64,000 nucleotides of DNA, taken from assembly GCA_964106645.2 (NCBI GenBank), contig OZ067045.1. One strand, 5' to 3'. Below the pieces are notes generated by a model, which saw nothing but the letters and a program-made list of their open reading frames with translations, did not search any database and was not told the DNA's origin. The DNA is from Podarcis pityusensis. Its lineage: Eukaryota. The position numbers were made by a program, and so were the translations under genes. Position 1 is the first letter of the stretch; every line of letters starts with the position of its first letter. Shown in pieces: positions 49,200 to 61,692 of this stretch.

Positions 49200-50257
49200 A
49201 CGTCTAGGTATATCCAACAAAAGAGAGTGACTCCAGCTCTAAGTCTGAATCAAACAGTTGGTAGAAAATACACCAAGATATGAATAGATGAATGCCTCTC
49301 ACTGCTGGCTAGCAGACATCCTCTGTCCATCTTTGTAACCATCCAACAAAGTCAATTTTCTCTTTATGTATCCACAAGCTGATTATCAACAGAGTGTCTT
49401 TAAAGCTAAAGTGCCTTTTAACTGTACAGTGACAAGTGCGCTCTTAACAAGACTAGATAGTAATCCACTCCCCTGGGCCACTGGGATCTTGGCTGTGTAC
49501 CATCCCACAAATTCGAGGTAGTAGCCATTATTCCAGCACCTTAACAGATGGCCTGTAATTTCCAAGATTTAGCAGTGTCCATCTCCTTCACTTTTGCCAA
49601 TACCACGAGGAACAGTAATCCCAAGATATACGGAAGTGGTGTAGATCCAAAAGTGGAAACATCAAAAGCTGCCTTCTGCTGTCTTCACCATACCACAATG
49701 TATTCCCATGGCTAGAGGTTGTTTGTAGAATCCAAGACGATGAATGCATAACTTTTAAAAAGCCTACTAGAAATTTTTGGAATCAATCCAATTCTATACA
49801 TAAACTATGCACACCAGAAAAACCCTGAAAAAACTAGCCATGAAGCTTCTCCAAGACTCTGTAGGTTCTACATTCTGAAGATACTCCATACTGGGTTTTG
49901 AGGCTTGCAGTAACGAAATAGCTCCATTTGATAATAAGGATACATCCGAGTAAAGCCTTAACGTTATCCAAGAATGAGATTGTTCTAGAAGTTCTAGAAG
50001 AATAGCTCCATAATCGAGGATGACCATCGGAAGTCTTCCGTCTTAGGACCAAGTATCCAACCAGCTGCAGGAAATATCCTCTACAGATCCACAAGATACC
50101 AGCCACTGGGGCGGGAATCACTTCCGTTTCCAAACCCAAAATAGGAAACGCAGATAAATCCCCAAATTTTAAATCCATCTGGGGGCCCTATACAGGAGTT
50201 TGTGTTTCTCACCACATCAAATACAAAATACCTGCCTAGTGAAACCTTGGAACTTAC
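49200..50257 (-). promoter_or_regulatory. Candidate cis-regulatory RNA element at the 5' end of SPEN intron 2 (UGGA-rich, TE-free)
   Basis: 21 TGGA on the transcribed strand against 2 on the other strand in 49201-50220 (hand count). Repeated ATGGAGCTATT motif; no recognisable TE. Confidence 0.55.
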
Positions 50258-50578
50258 CCATCAAGTCTCCGCTCATAGCGTCCTTCCCGTGCATGAAGCG
50301 ATGGTGGTGGGCCATACGTGGGCCCACCACCACCTCCTCTGAACCCAGAAACCTCTCTACTACGAGATGCTATGGAAACTGTATCATCCAATCCCCGAGC
50401 AGCGCTAGGAATGGTTCCCGGTTCATTATAATCCGTCCGAAGGTCTCTATCTCCCATTTTGTTGACAGAGTTGTGTGCCTTCTGGGCACTCTTGATGTCC
50501 ACAAAATCCACAAAGGCTGCCACGCCACCTTCTGACCCCCTTTTGGGGAGAATTTTGACACTTTCAACACGTCCATAT
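50258..50578 (-). CDS. SPEN: SPEN exon 2 (RRM1, 321 nt)
   Basis: ctag|ATATGGA ... GATGG|gtaagt; encodes YGRVESVKILPKRGSEGGVAAFVDFVDIKSAQKAHNSVNKMGDRDLRTDYNEPG...RYERRLDG. Confidence 0.98.
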
Positions 50579-50997
50579 CTAGGGGAGAAAGAAAGAAAAA
50601 TAGTATGTATTAAAGGCTCACACAGACAGAACATGTTGTCGAACCACATTTTATTTGGCTGAAATTTCCAGCACTGAGGCTGTGATGCTAAGCATATTTA
50701 TTCTGCAATCCATATGTGACTCCCCTCTATTTTATCTGTCCTTGTAAACAAAGGTTTCTGTTAGATTTGCTTTTGATTTTATTGTGTATTTAGTGTCTGT
50801 CGATGTTAGGGATGATGTCACAACCATTGGCATTGGCTCACACAATAAAAGTTTGACTTGCATATTTATTTTGAATTTATTCCTGTTAAACGCATTGCAG
50901 TAACTGTGCTTCACATCATGGCTTTAGTCTGTTAGAAACAAAGTTTCAAACAAACTGCTTTTTTACTCAGCTGCTCCTATCCTTCCCATCGCACTTT

Positions 50998-50998
50998 A

Positions 50999-51030
<32 letters not shown>

Positions 51031-51042
51031 CAAACAAACAAA
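50998..51042. repeat. Compound (TAAG)n(AAAC)n microsatellite
   Basis: Directly visible. Confidence 0.9.
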
Positions 51043-52467
51043 GCTGTGATACAATATTCAGTTTTGAATACCCCTAAATATATTTTTATAAAATTATGCT
51101 TTATACTGAAAGAAAAAGTCTTTTACATAAAGGTTTGCCACAGCTCCAATATGCTTCAGTTCAATCAGCCTTAAAAGTAACCAGATCAAAGGATTTATTG
51201 AATGTGTGTATTTCCAACTTGCTCACAGTTTAGTAATAATATTTATTATTTGCAAGGCACTGCTATAAAAATTTTAAAAATAGAACTAATAACCAAGTCC
51301 TGCCCATGGGCTTACTATCTAAACAATGCTGTAAATCGCAGGTTTGGAAGAATATTTGGGAATTCCTAGGAAAAACCAGATAAAATATTTCATATCCCTG
51401 GATATCAGCACCACAGTTTGCACACACCAGTCAACCAAGGAAGTTTCTGTGTTTTTTGCAACCCCAGTGAGCAGGGAATCTGTTTGACCACTAATATACA
51501 AATGTGGGTTTGAAGCCAATACACAAGATAGTCCTATTGAAATCAACAGACATGTCTGCTTTGAGTATGACTAATTTGATACAGCCCCTGGAAATATTTT
51601 TAACGTTCCCAAACTGGATAGACAAGATGGAAGTTCTGAAATAATCCAGTTTTAATAAATCCACTGTAAAGACCCTTTAACTGAACTCCCAGCTCCTTTG
51701 AACAAAATAAGTTATTCTGTAAGCATTACAGTTCCACAGATGTTCTATAAATGCTCCTTTTTAAAACAGAAAATAAACTAACCTGGAGAAAGATGACAAA
51801 ACAGTGCTATCTCACTAGAGAAAGTGCAAGAACTACCAAGGTTGTCAAGACAACCTTCGTGTATCTTTAATTACCCTTTAATTATAGCTGAGGAAAAGAA
51901 CCAATTTTGACACACCTGACTCCATTTTCAAGAGTCTGAATTAGAAGTTTTAGGCCCAAGCAGTGAAAGAACAAGAGTCAAAAACCCAGAAACACAGTTA
52001 CATAGACTAGCCACATGGCAAAAACAAGATCAGATTGCTTTAACAAAAGGAAAGACACAGGGACCACTGACAACAATATGTCAGCAGCACAATTCCCTCA
52101 GCATCATTCTTTCTCCTGGCTCATAGACACCAGCGAAATCCACAGATTCATCCTTGTGTGAGAATTGGCACCACCCAAGAAGTTCCACAGGAAGGGAAAC
52201 CTGCTGAGTATTGCCAGGAAAGGCCCTACATCTCTGCCACAGGGAACAAGGGGGCCACTAATGCTCTTCAGTAGAAGCAGAAGCCTGCCACAGAATTTGA
52301 GGGTTATTACTTGCTTCACTTTCTCCAATGCTAGAGCACGTTCTGTTCAGATGACTCTAAGTGTTTTCAAAAACAACTGATGGGGTGATGTAGGACTCCC
52401 AGCCTTGAAATCTCTGCTAGCTACACGAAGCTCATTCTAAATCAGCACAGCCAATCAAAGGGAGGGG

Positions 52468-52660
52468 GGGAGGACCACAGCTCCGTAGCAGAACACATGC
52501 TTTGCATGTAGCAAGTCCCAGGCTCAATGCCTGGAGATTTCAGGAGCAGATGACGGGAAAGGCCTCTGAATCCAAGAGCCCAAAGGGCCACAGCCAGTTA
52601 GAGAGCCTAATACTAGGCAAGATGGAGAAATGGTCTGCGCTGGTTTAAGGCACTTTCCTA
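52468..52660 (+). mobile_element. tRNA-derived squamate SINE (Squam2-like), degraded
   Basis: CACAGCTCCGTAGCAGAACACATGCTTTGCATG...GTCCCAGGCTCAATGCCTGG head and ...GATGGAGAAATGGTCTG...TTCCTAT 3' part. Confidence 0.6.
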
Positions 52661-55314
52661 TAATCAGAGGCACAGGCCAAATTTACAATATGTGTGGGAG
52701 GAAGGAAACCTATGCAGTCCAATTTCTCCATCTACAGTTTTAAAAACCAGGCACAGCTGGAGACACTATTGCCAGATTACTACCATAGGGATTGCCCTAA
52801 TTTTTTCAGCCCTAACACAGATTGCACAATACTTGTTCACCCACACCTAAATCTCAGGGCTGTGTAACTATTTGGCACAGCATGTCTTCTCATGCAACAA
52901 GCCGCTGGGATGCGTGTGGCAGCTGCTTTTCAAGGAGGAGAGAGTAAAAGTTACACATCCTCACCAACATACACACAACCCTCAAGACAAAGCAGCTGTG
53001 CGAGCAGGAAGGCTTTCAACGCTCTGTGCCCTAGCATCGCCTGCGCCTTTTTAATTGCACATACCTTTTAGTCACCCACCGTGAAGATTAATCTGCCTAG
53101 TGATCCAGCCCAGCCCCACCCATTGGCTACTCTCCAAACTGCTCCTGTGGTGGCAGTTCCCGCGGGGAGGGGAGCTGCACTGCTTCATGCTATCTGATCC
53201 AGAAGGAAGGGAGGGGAGGGAAAAGATCTGCAATGTTGCATCACGGGATCATTTACTGCAGCAGAACAATGCACGGCAAGGAGAAGAGAGGCTTTCTGAA
53301 GGGCTGCCGGAGGACAGGCAATGGAGGAAAGGGAGAGCATTTTTCACAGTGGCATTTGCAAGAGCCACAACAAGGAAGGAGAAACAGCAGAGAAAAGCTT
53401 TTGTGAGGGTAACCTTCGTTGGGAAAGAGACACAAAAAGGACAGGAGCCATCATGACCTTCACCATGCTGAAAAGAGCCCTTGTGAAAACGCTTCCTCCA
53501 TCTCTCTTTACTTACCTCGGCCTTTCCAAGAAGTAAACAGATAAAAAACAGAGCAAGGGGGGAGAGGGGGAATTTGCTGCATGCTGGCTCTAAAGATCCC
53601 CATGAAAACAAAGCTCCTCTTGTTGCTCTTTTTTAGCAACCTTCCCCACCTTGCATAATTCATGTTAATCAATAAGTAACTCGCAGCATGTCAGACAAGC
53701 TGGTCTCATTGTATGGTTTGCTTTTCAGTGGCTTCTATGAAGCTCTTTCTGCAAGTAGAATCCTCTGGGGGCATGAAGCCCTTTTCTTGGTTCTCTGGAA
53801 CAAGTTAAGACCTTTCAGTTGATCTGTTCCTTTAAGGAACCTGAAGGCTACAGAAGACAGGACAGCAAAACTGGGACTCAGGGCCCCTTGTCAATTACCC
53901 AACCACAAGGCCATGCTAAGCCAGTTTTTCTGGACTTAAACATGATCAGCACATTCACCTTAGACCAGGCTACCACAAAGAAGCCAACAGGGCAGCTGTG
54001 CTGCCCCCTCTCATCTTTCTTCCTCCACAATGGATCCTGGGGCAGGTGGTATTTTTCCAGGCTTAATTAAGTAGATTTCTTCATTGTCATCCTTAGGCTA
54101 CGTGTCACCATGAGACAAGCCTCAGCTGAACTGGGGAAATGGGGAGACCTGAGGAAGCTGTCTGCAATAATCCATCATCACACTCCATAGCAACCTAAGT
54201 TAATGATGTGCATGTTAGCATTTTTGTTTGTTAACTATAATTAGTAAAACTGATTACAAAAGATTATGACACTGAGGACATTAAATCTGGGGAGACAGAA
54301 GTCTGCAAAGGCCACCAGAAAAAAATAGGACAGCTTAACAAAATATAAACGGAAAGAGCAAGAGCCAATGTGGGGCTGTTTTCCAAAAATAGGCATTTCA
54401 TGGTAACAGGGATATGGTGACCGGAAGTTTAAAAGTCAATATTCTATCACTGAATCCAACTTAGTACTCATTCCAAAGACTAACACAATATCTAGATTTC
54501 ACACATGCATTTTGTACAGTCATTATTGGTCAATTTAGTCCTTTTAAAAGCATAGCTGTGAAAGAGAGCTTGTGGTTTGCAAAACTAGGTTCTCCCAAGC
54601 TACTGAAAGCAGAACTAAACTGCTGCTGCTTATTTGCTGGCAACAGATTCCAAGGGCTCAAGGCAGAAATTGGCTTAATTAACAACACTGATTAGGAGAA
54701 AACCATATTCACAACTGCTGCAATGTGTATTTAACCAAAAAGAAAGTGTGCTAAACGTGGCAGTTGGGGAGGGGGGAGATTCCAGAACCTGCCATTCACA
54801 TTTTTACAAGTCACTCTTCTTTAGACAAACGCCAGCTTTGCTCAAATCTATCACGGAATTGGAGGAGGGTGCGTAGACACATGTACAGGTACTATAGGCT
54901 CTTGCTAAGCACTATAGGTGTGTTCATATTGCTCATCTTTGTTCATGCAAACACAGCCCAACCAAGTGAGGTCAACAGCACTGCTGACAATGTGAATGCA
55001 TATATTCTATTCAATTAAAATCTCTATCTCCCCCCCCCCCCACATATCCCATGGGCACATAAGCCGGTTAGCAACACACACATTTAAAAAAAACCAATGC
55101 CCAAATAAATTATAGGTATTGCAGTACTGGAACACCTACAGATACACTGATTTAATGGCATGCACAGAGCAGGGCAATAATCTTATGCTGCCTGTTACCA
55201 TTTCCCACTAGTCTGCTTGTATATGTCTATAAAAATAGGTAAGGAAGTTGCAAGCACTTTCCTCTATATTTACTGGAGTCCTAGTAATTATCTATGTTAA
55301 TTTCAGGCAAGTAC

Positions 55315-55496
55315 GGGCAGCTCCATACCATACATTTAAAGCATATGGCTTTCCCCAAGGAATACCAGGAACTGTAGTTTGTTATGGGTACAAAGAACTG
55401 TAGCTCTGTATGGTGAAAACTACATAATTCTTTGAGGAATTCATGTGCTTTAAATGTATGTTGGATCTGTTTTAAATGTTTGGTGTGGATCTGCCC
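55315..55496. mobile_element. Palindromic non-autonomous DNA transposon (possibly PIF/Harbinger-like)
   Basis: Imperfect TIRs GGGCAGCTCCATACCA / TGGTGTGGATCTGCCC and an inner inverted pair TACATTTAAAGCA / TGCTTTAAATGTA. Confidence 0.6.
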
Positions 55497-56459
55497 TAGC
55501 TCACAAAAGAAAATTCTATATCACATAAAATTTACACCATTAAGATGATAAATCCAGAGGAGTTAGGCATGCTGAAGTTCTTCCAGGCAAAGAATAACAG
55601 TACCTACTTCTTCACTATAAGCTCCATCAAAACATCAAACACTTGTTTCATGTTAGTTAGTTGCTAAGCAGTTGTTGTCACAGGCATGTTTAGCAAGCGG
55701 CTAGTTTTATCACACTGACCACACTGCGATAAATGCTGAACATATAGCAAAAAAGCATTACTGTAAAGGAAATGACACTTGGTCATCCTCAGAACTGTTC
55801 TCCGGGGCAGTGTGCATCCCTCTTTCAAAAACTATGCTTAAGTTCAATGCCCTCAACATCCAGGGCATTTTTGGTTAACCTAAAAGGGAGGTGCTAAAAA
55901 AAAAAAAAAAAGGCCATTCCATATAGCTCTCCCCCTCTAGCCAGATTAAACACTGCACATTTTCCCTCAAATCAAGGGATAACTAGCTGGAGGTGGTCTG
56001 CCTTTGAAAAAACAAGAAAGCTCAGTTCCAAAGAAGTCTTCGGTGGCATTAAATTGAACTGGTTGCAGCTCTAAGCTGCCAGTGCATTTTGGCTTTCACC
56101 ACAGACACATAAGGAGCACACAGCAGCTCTTCCTGGCATCCACAGATCTGGGTGGCCAGTGCCAGTTTTCAAGCTGCTGACAGAATTTCAGACTGTGCAT
56201 CATTCCAGTCTATCCTCGAAAGAATAGCAGATGACAGCTATTTTCAAATGCAGTATACAACCCACCCACCCTCAAGGATCATCAGTGCACCAGTTTGGAA
56301 TTAAAACACACACACACCACACCTCCCATGAAGCTAAAGAGCACAGGCATTTTTTTTTAAGGGGAGGGGAGACAGTGAAGGTGCAAGTATGCAAGACTGA
56401 GATTTTTGATTCGTTTGCCAATGCATCAATTCAGGGTGGGGAAAATATTGGTTGGTTGG

Positions 56460-56625
56460 TTTATACAGCACATTTATCTTCCGGTGATCTCATGGTTCTC
56501 CTCCTCTCTACTTCATTCTCACAGCAAACCTCTGAGGCAGGTCAGGCTAAGAGATGGTGAGTGGCCCATGGTCACTCAGTGAGCTTTATGGCTGGGTGGG
56601 GATTCAACCCCAGCTCTCCCAGGTC
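56460..56625 (-). mobile_element. Squam3-like SINE fragment
   Basis: GTGAGTGGCCCATGGTCACTCAGTGAGCTTTATGGCTG...GGGATTCAACCC resembles 45097-45160. Confidence 0.6.
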
Positions 56626-58750
56626 ATAGGTGTGCAGTTCAAGCGCTATAAGACTAAAGGCAAGGCATGAGCCTAGCAATCATTTTGACACAAGACTTCC
56701 TGCCACGGAGAACGAGAGTTCGTTTCTGAACATGTCATGGAACCAGTTGGGACTGCATAAGACTTGCACTGGTATAGGGAGAAGCACATGTGGGCACACA
56801 GAGTTCTACCTGAGTCTTCAAAGAAGTTGTAAGTTTTAGAAATAAAGGCTGGGCCCCTGAACAATAAGGACTATGTTATGTCCTCCAATTGCTCTTGCAG
56901 CAGGCGCAAATAGGTCAGAGTCCTGTGTTTTCCCATTGTAACATGAGGCTAAGGAGACTTACACAAACAGAAAAGAGGTGTTCTGAAAATCAAGAGGGAG
57001 GAGCAGGAATCATCAAATGCATCAGCCAAAGACAGCCCAGCTGTCACACAAACCATATCTACCTGAATGTAGCTCACAGTCAGGTTGATGTCACTCAAGT
57101 GTCCTAAAGGCCATCTTGGCACAGCCTCATCAGAGATGTCCTGTTCCCAAAGTGAAGAGAATTCCCTAACATGGGGAAAGTTTGCCAAAAGGGAGATCAC
57201 CCCACCTACTGGTTTTAGAGATTCTCTTTTGCTTTCCTTAAAAAAATGTGTTTCTTCAGACCGATGGCGAAACCAAAGACCGTTACCATTTGTGGGGCTG
57301 CACTTGCTCAAGGCTGCTGTCCACAGACCACAATGAAAGTCTCAGGGTACCACAACACATGTCAGAACAGCTTCTGTTGCTTTGGAAAATGTTTCACAAG
57401 TGAATCAACTTGCAACCTTATATGGTTGTATCGAACATTAGTCCTACTAAGAACAGACCCATGGAAATTAATGGACATGACCAACTTACTAGGTTTAATT
57501 TTCAAATGTTTTGATACTCAGCACTTTTGCTTTTTTAAAAAAGCTTCCCTTTCTACAAAATATAACATAGCTTGCCACCATTAAGGCAACATACTTCCTA
57601 CATCTGTGGTTTGACAGAAGCAAGGCCCCCATGACCTCTGCACAGTGTTCAAAACTCCCATTGTTCAAGGCGCATTTTGTGACAGGGAATTTCATTAGGG
57701 CAAGCAGTTTCTGAGCTCTGGGTGCAGTAGTGTGCCTAAGATTTCAGATTAAAACTGCAGAGTGGAAGGAAAGGAGGACCTTTTTCCTGCCTTCCCACTT
57801 CCAGCTACTCTCTGAAGACTGGAGAAGAGCCCCTCTGAAGAATATTAGGGGGCTGGACAGGGGAAGAACTAAACCATGTGAAAAATGAACATAATGTTTT
57901 ATATCTCAGTTCCTAACACTGCCTCTGCACAGTTCTAACTCGGAGCTAGTACCATGGGAGCAATTATGCAGGAGTCAAATTGCAATAACTTACCCATATA
58001 AGTCAAGAGATTGGTGGCAGCATGTCAAGACTAGTCCTGACCCAATACCAGACACTAAGTGCTGTACTTGAAGGGAAAACCAGATTTCCCACAAGCCGAG
58101 GCCCTTGGGGATCAGGCAGTGTCCCCCAGAATTAGTGTTGAGGATCAAAGGGGAAGGCGGGAGCCCTGCTCCCTGCATCTGCTGGCACCGAAAGGTCCAG
58201 TTCTGGGCCAGACTGACAACAGAGCATACTCTGTGGACTCAAAGTCCACCGAGCCTCATGAGTCAAGGGCATCCTCATGAGCAAGTAATCCCTGAAACTC
58301 CTTCACCACCAGTAACTGTGGTTAGGGTGTGGTCTAGGAGGTCTGAGTACACAAAGTCTGCCTCTTGAGCCTCCGAGTTGCAAGTAACTTCCCATATCAC
58401 TGGTTCCTTGTTTCCAAGCCTCATCTCCCCTCCTTGTTGCGCTGCACTTTGCCTGGACTCCCTGAGGTATTGACCTCGGACTGCTGCCTGGCATTGCCTC
58501 TGCATCATGCTTTGCACCTGAACTGATTCCAGGTGTCTGACCCTGGTTTGTTTGGACTGGACTGCACCTTCAACCTTGTTTTCCTTGGCGAGTGTTTCTG
58601 TAAGAGGCTTACAGCTCCTGGAACTGGGACCCAAGCTCACTGAAGAACAACACAGTAGGGTGGGGGAAGAGAATGAAATAAATTCCTTGCATCAGATTAT
58701 AAGGAACATATGATCATGTTAGTTTTCCATACCACTTATATAGCCAAGGC

Positions 58751-58958
58751 CAGGGGTCAGCAACCCGCGGCTCCGGAGCCGCATGTGGCTCTTTTACACC
58801 TTTGCTGCGGCTCCGGGGCGGATACTAGCGAGGGGAGGAGGCGCATTGTGTGCCCCGACACTCCCCACTGTTTTAAATGTCGCAATGGTTTTGTGGCTCC
58901 CAGTTTTTTTTTCTTCGGTCCAAGTGGCTCTTTTTGTCTTAAAGGTTGCAGACCCCTG
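58751..58958. mobile_element. Young hAT MITE
   Basis: TIRs CAGGGGTCAGCAACC / GGTTGCAGACCCCTG; perfect 8-bp TSD GCCAAGGC; CpG-rich. Confidence 0.9.
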
Positions 58959-61564
58959 GCCAAGGCAATATACAGCAAAATATAAACCAACAACCATTAA
59001 TAAAATAGGGTACCCAGCCTTTAATACACTAGAAGGAATGCCTTAATCTCAAGAACAACTCAATTTTACAAGTGTTGTTTTATTAATGTTTATTCTATGC
59101 ATTTATTATTGCAACTCACCGTGGAGTCTTACGACAAAAGGGTGGAATATTAGCTTTAAAAATAAATTAAAGTAACCTTTCAAGAAGTGCTCTGGGAATG
59201 TGTGTATAAGTCAGTGGTATGGATGCAGCCCATGGGGCCTTCCTATCCAGCCCCCGTGTCCCCTTTTCACCCCCACCACAATTAAGCTTGGAAAAAATCT
59301 GTCTAGTGGCTCAAACAGAATGTTTTTTCCAAGAGTAGTTGTTGGGGGTTTCTTCTGGGGGGAGGGATGGAGAACTGGGTAATCTTCATGGAGAATGCAG
59401 CTAAAAGAAAGGTCAAGCCTCCCAGCTGTAATCTCCAGGAAGATCACATAATTGGGCTCCCATAAAGGCTCAAATGCTTTTTCCAAGCCTAACTGTTAAG
59501 CATGGAGAGTGAATGTGTATGTTGCATGTCTGTGCTCAGTATCTCTACCTACTTTTGTCTTTGCCATGCCCACTGTTGGCATTCCCCCCCCCAAAGGTTA
59601 ACCAAGGAAGTATGCAACCTGAGGGGTTCCTCTCCATGCTAGGCAGGCGTATTATCTCTCATACACACTATCCATCAGGGATCTAAGTAAGAGCGTCTAC
59701 AAGTACTAGTCATGCTTCCAGTTTCAGGATACAGTTTGATGCACCAAAACATGATGCAACACTAGCTTAACTAGAGGCCACAGTGGGACATACATGCACA
59801 TATGCCATTAGTAATGACTAACCTACACCACTGCCCTTCAGTATCTCAAGTAAACAGACACACAACCCTTTCTTTATCTATTCATTTGTAAGAATGAAGC
59901 CAACAGATCATTAATGCATGTAATTAGCAGTCAACTTAGTTTCGTCAAGTTTAGTCACACTGAGTGAGAGTATGACCACCACTCCCCTCCCTCGCCAAAA
60001 GCACAAAAATGTTTGCGGAATAAGAACATTTACTTCTGTAGTTCAAAGACTTCAGGCTTTGCAACAAGGAACCCATGAGCCCATCTTGCAACACAAGTGA
60101 CCTTTGTCTAAAGCTTTACTGCATACAACCAACCGCAACAGAGATATTATGAACTCAGCATCATATTTCTTGCCCCTGGAAGAATTTCAGCCTTCCTAGA
60201 AGTTTTACATCTGGCAGACAAGGAGATAGTTTACAGCTAGAGATTATAATGATTGCCTTCTCTCTCAGCTCATTTAATTACCTCCTTATCAGACATGTCC
60301 AGTTTCACAAAAGTCAGCTAAGATTCCTGGAGCTCACTTGGGTTAATTAGAAATTTGTAGAATACAAAAGGCTGAAATCCTAGCACAATTACAAGGAATC
60401 AAGTCCCATTTAATGCAGCGGGGCTTGCGTCTGCGTAATCAGTTTTGGGATCAGAATTCAAGGCTGACTTTGGGAAGGTTATGTGCTTCAGTGCGTACCT
60501 TTCTCAAATAGCCAAGCCACTTGCAAAACAGGTTGCAGATCACATTGCGGAATGTCAGACATGGTATCACTTTTATGGTATCATGACTATTTAGAAGCAG
60601 GCTCTTCTAGAACAAGAAACAAAGCAGCTATGTGGGAAGTTTAAGAAAAATACAGCCCAAGAAGTTTCACCCATTGACACGAACTTTCTAGAGGTTTGGC
60701 TGCTTTGTGGCTTTTATGTGTTTTGAAATGTTATTTATAGAACACTGTCATAGAATGCAAAGAACCGCTCCCCAAAGGAAATTTCAAGGCTGCCCCCACT
60801 TTATGGGCATGAGGCTTGCTCAAGGCTATCCAAAAATCCATGGCTGAATCAGACGATGTGAGGCTGCCCCTCCTGTTCAAACACTCATTTCATGTCCAGT
60901 GGGCTGGCAGGAAGGAAGCATCCGAGGATTTCTCTGGGGAAACGAACCAGCAGCCTCAAGCTGTTTAACAAGCATGTAGATCTGAGGAATCCTACACATC
61001 ATGAAGTGGCAGACAGCAGAACAGTTCTGTCAGCCATAGCATAGCAGTGATCCCACAGCTACCTAGAACCTGGAGCACTCTGCTCCTCTTCCTCCAAAAG
61101 ATAACAATGAGGGTGTGGGTAGAATTCAAAACACAATAGCATTAAGGCAGCAAACCAAACTTTGCCAATATCAATTGCAGTTATTCTCATGGGGATCTCT
61201 ATCCGTCTTCAGAAGGAAAGCCTACTTTCTCTGCTACATCCTTCCCAATGACTCATTCCCTCTCTGCACCAAATCCTCCTTCTGTCAAGTCACTTGCAAA
61301 ACAGGGTACGCAACACCACGCAGCTGCAAAATTTAAATGAAGGTGGTAGTTTACTTAGGGAGCCATGTACAAGATCCAGATCCAGTCATCTCAATCCGTA
61401 TAGCCTTGGAAGCGTGTTTAGGCTTTCATTAGTCATGCAGAGGCAGAACAGTGAACAGAGAGACTAGACAGCTAGCATCCAGCTGTACATACTCCTGTCT
61501 GTGGGGGATGAAAATGCCAGAAGGCACGCAGCTTGCGCTGCTTATGTGCATTAGTGGAAAGGTA

Positions 61565-61692
61565 GATAACATGGCGCCCTCCAAATGTTGTGGACTCCCA
61601 TCAGCCCCCTCGCCCCCACCTCTGCCAGCACGTCATGGATGATGGGAGCTGTGGTCCAACAGCAACTGGAGGGCACCACATTGGTAGAAAGG
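61565..61692. mobile_element. Palindromic squamate MITE fragment
   Basis: GCCCTCCAAATGTTGTGGACTCCCATCA ... TGATGGGAGCTGTGGTCCAACAGCAACTGGAGGGC forms a long inverted repeat. Confidence 0.6.

Larger units (their letters stand above)
270..50578 (-). other. SPEN: SPEN gene body, exons 2-15 (exon 1 and promoter lie beyond the window; 50579-64000 is inferred intron 1)
   Basis: Fourteen exons splice into one open frame encoding four RRMs, a long low-complexity middle region and a SPOC domain. The exon 2-10 and 13-15 lengths match the human SPEN exon sizes as I recall them. Confidence 0.97.

Noticed and set aside
43973-49201. ORFs spanning N runs
   Set aside because: Artefacts of the two assembly gaps.
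21930-52660. tRNA-like A/B-box sequences as real tRNA genes
   Set aside because: They are SINE heads followed by SINE bodies; none forms a complete cloverleaf.
58020-58640. 121-aa minus-strand ORF in intron 1 as an alternative exon, or a possible LTR remnant
   Set aside because: No recognisable homology, and neither splice boundaries nor LTR ends/TSD could be defined with confidence.
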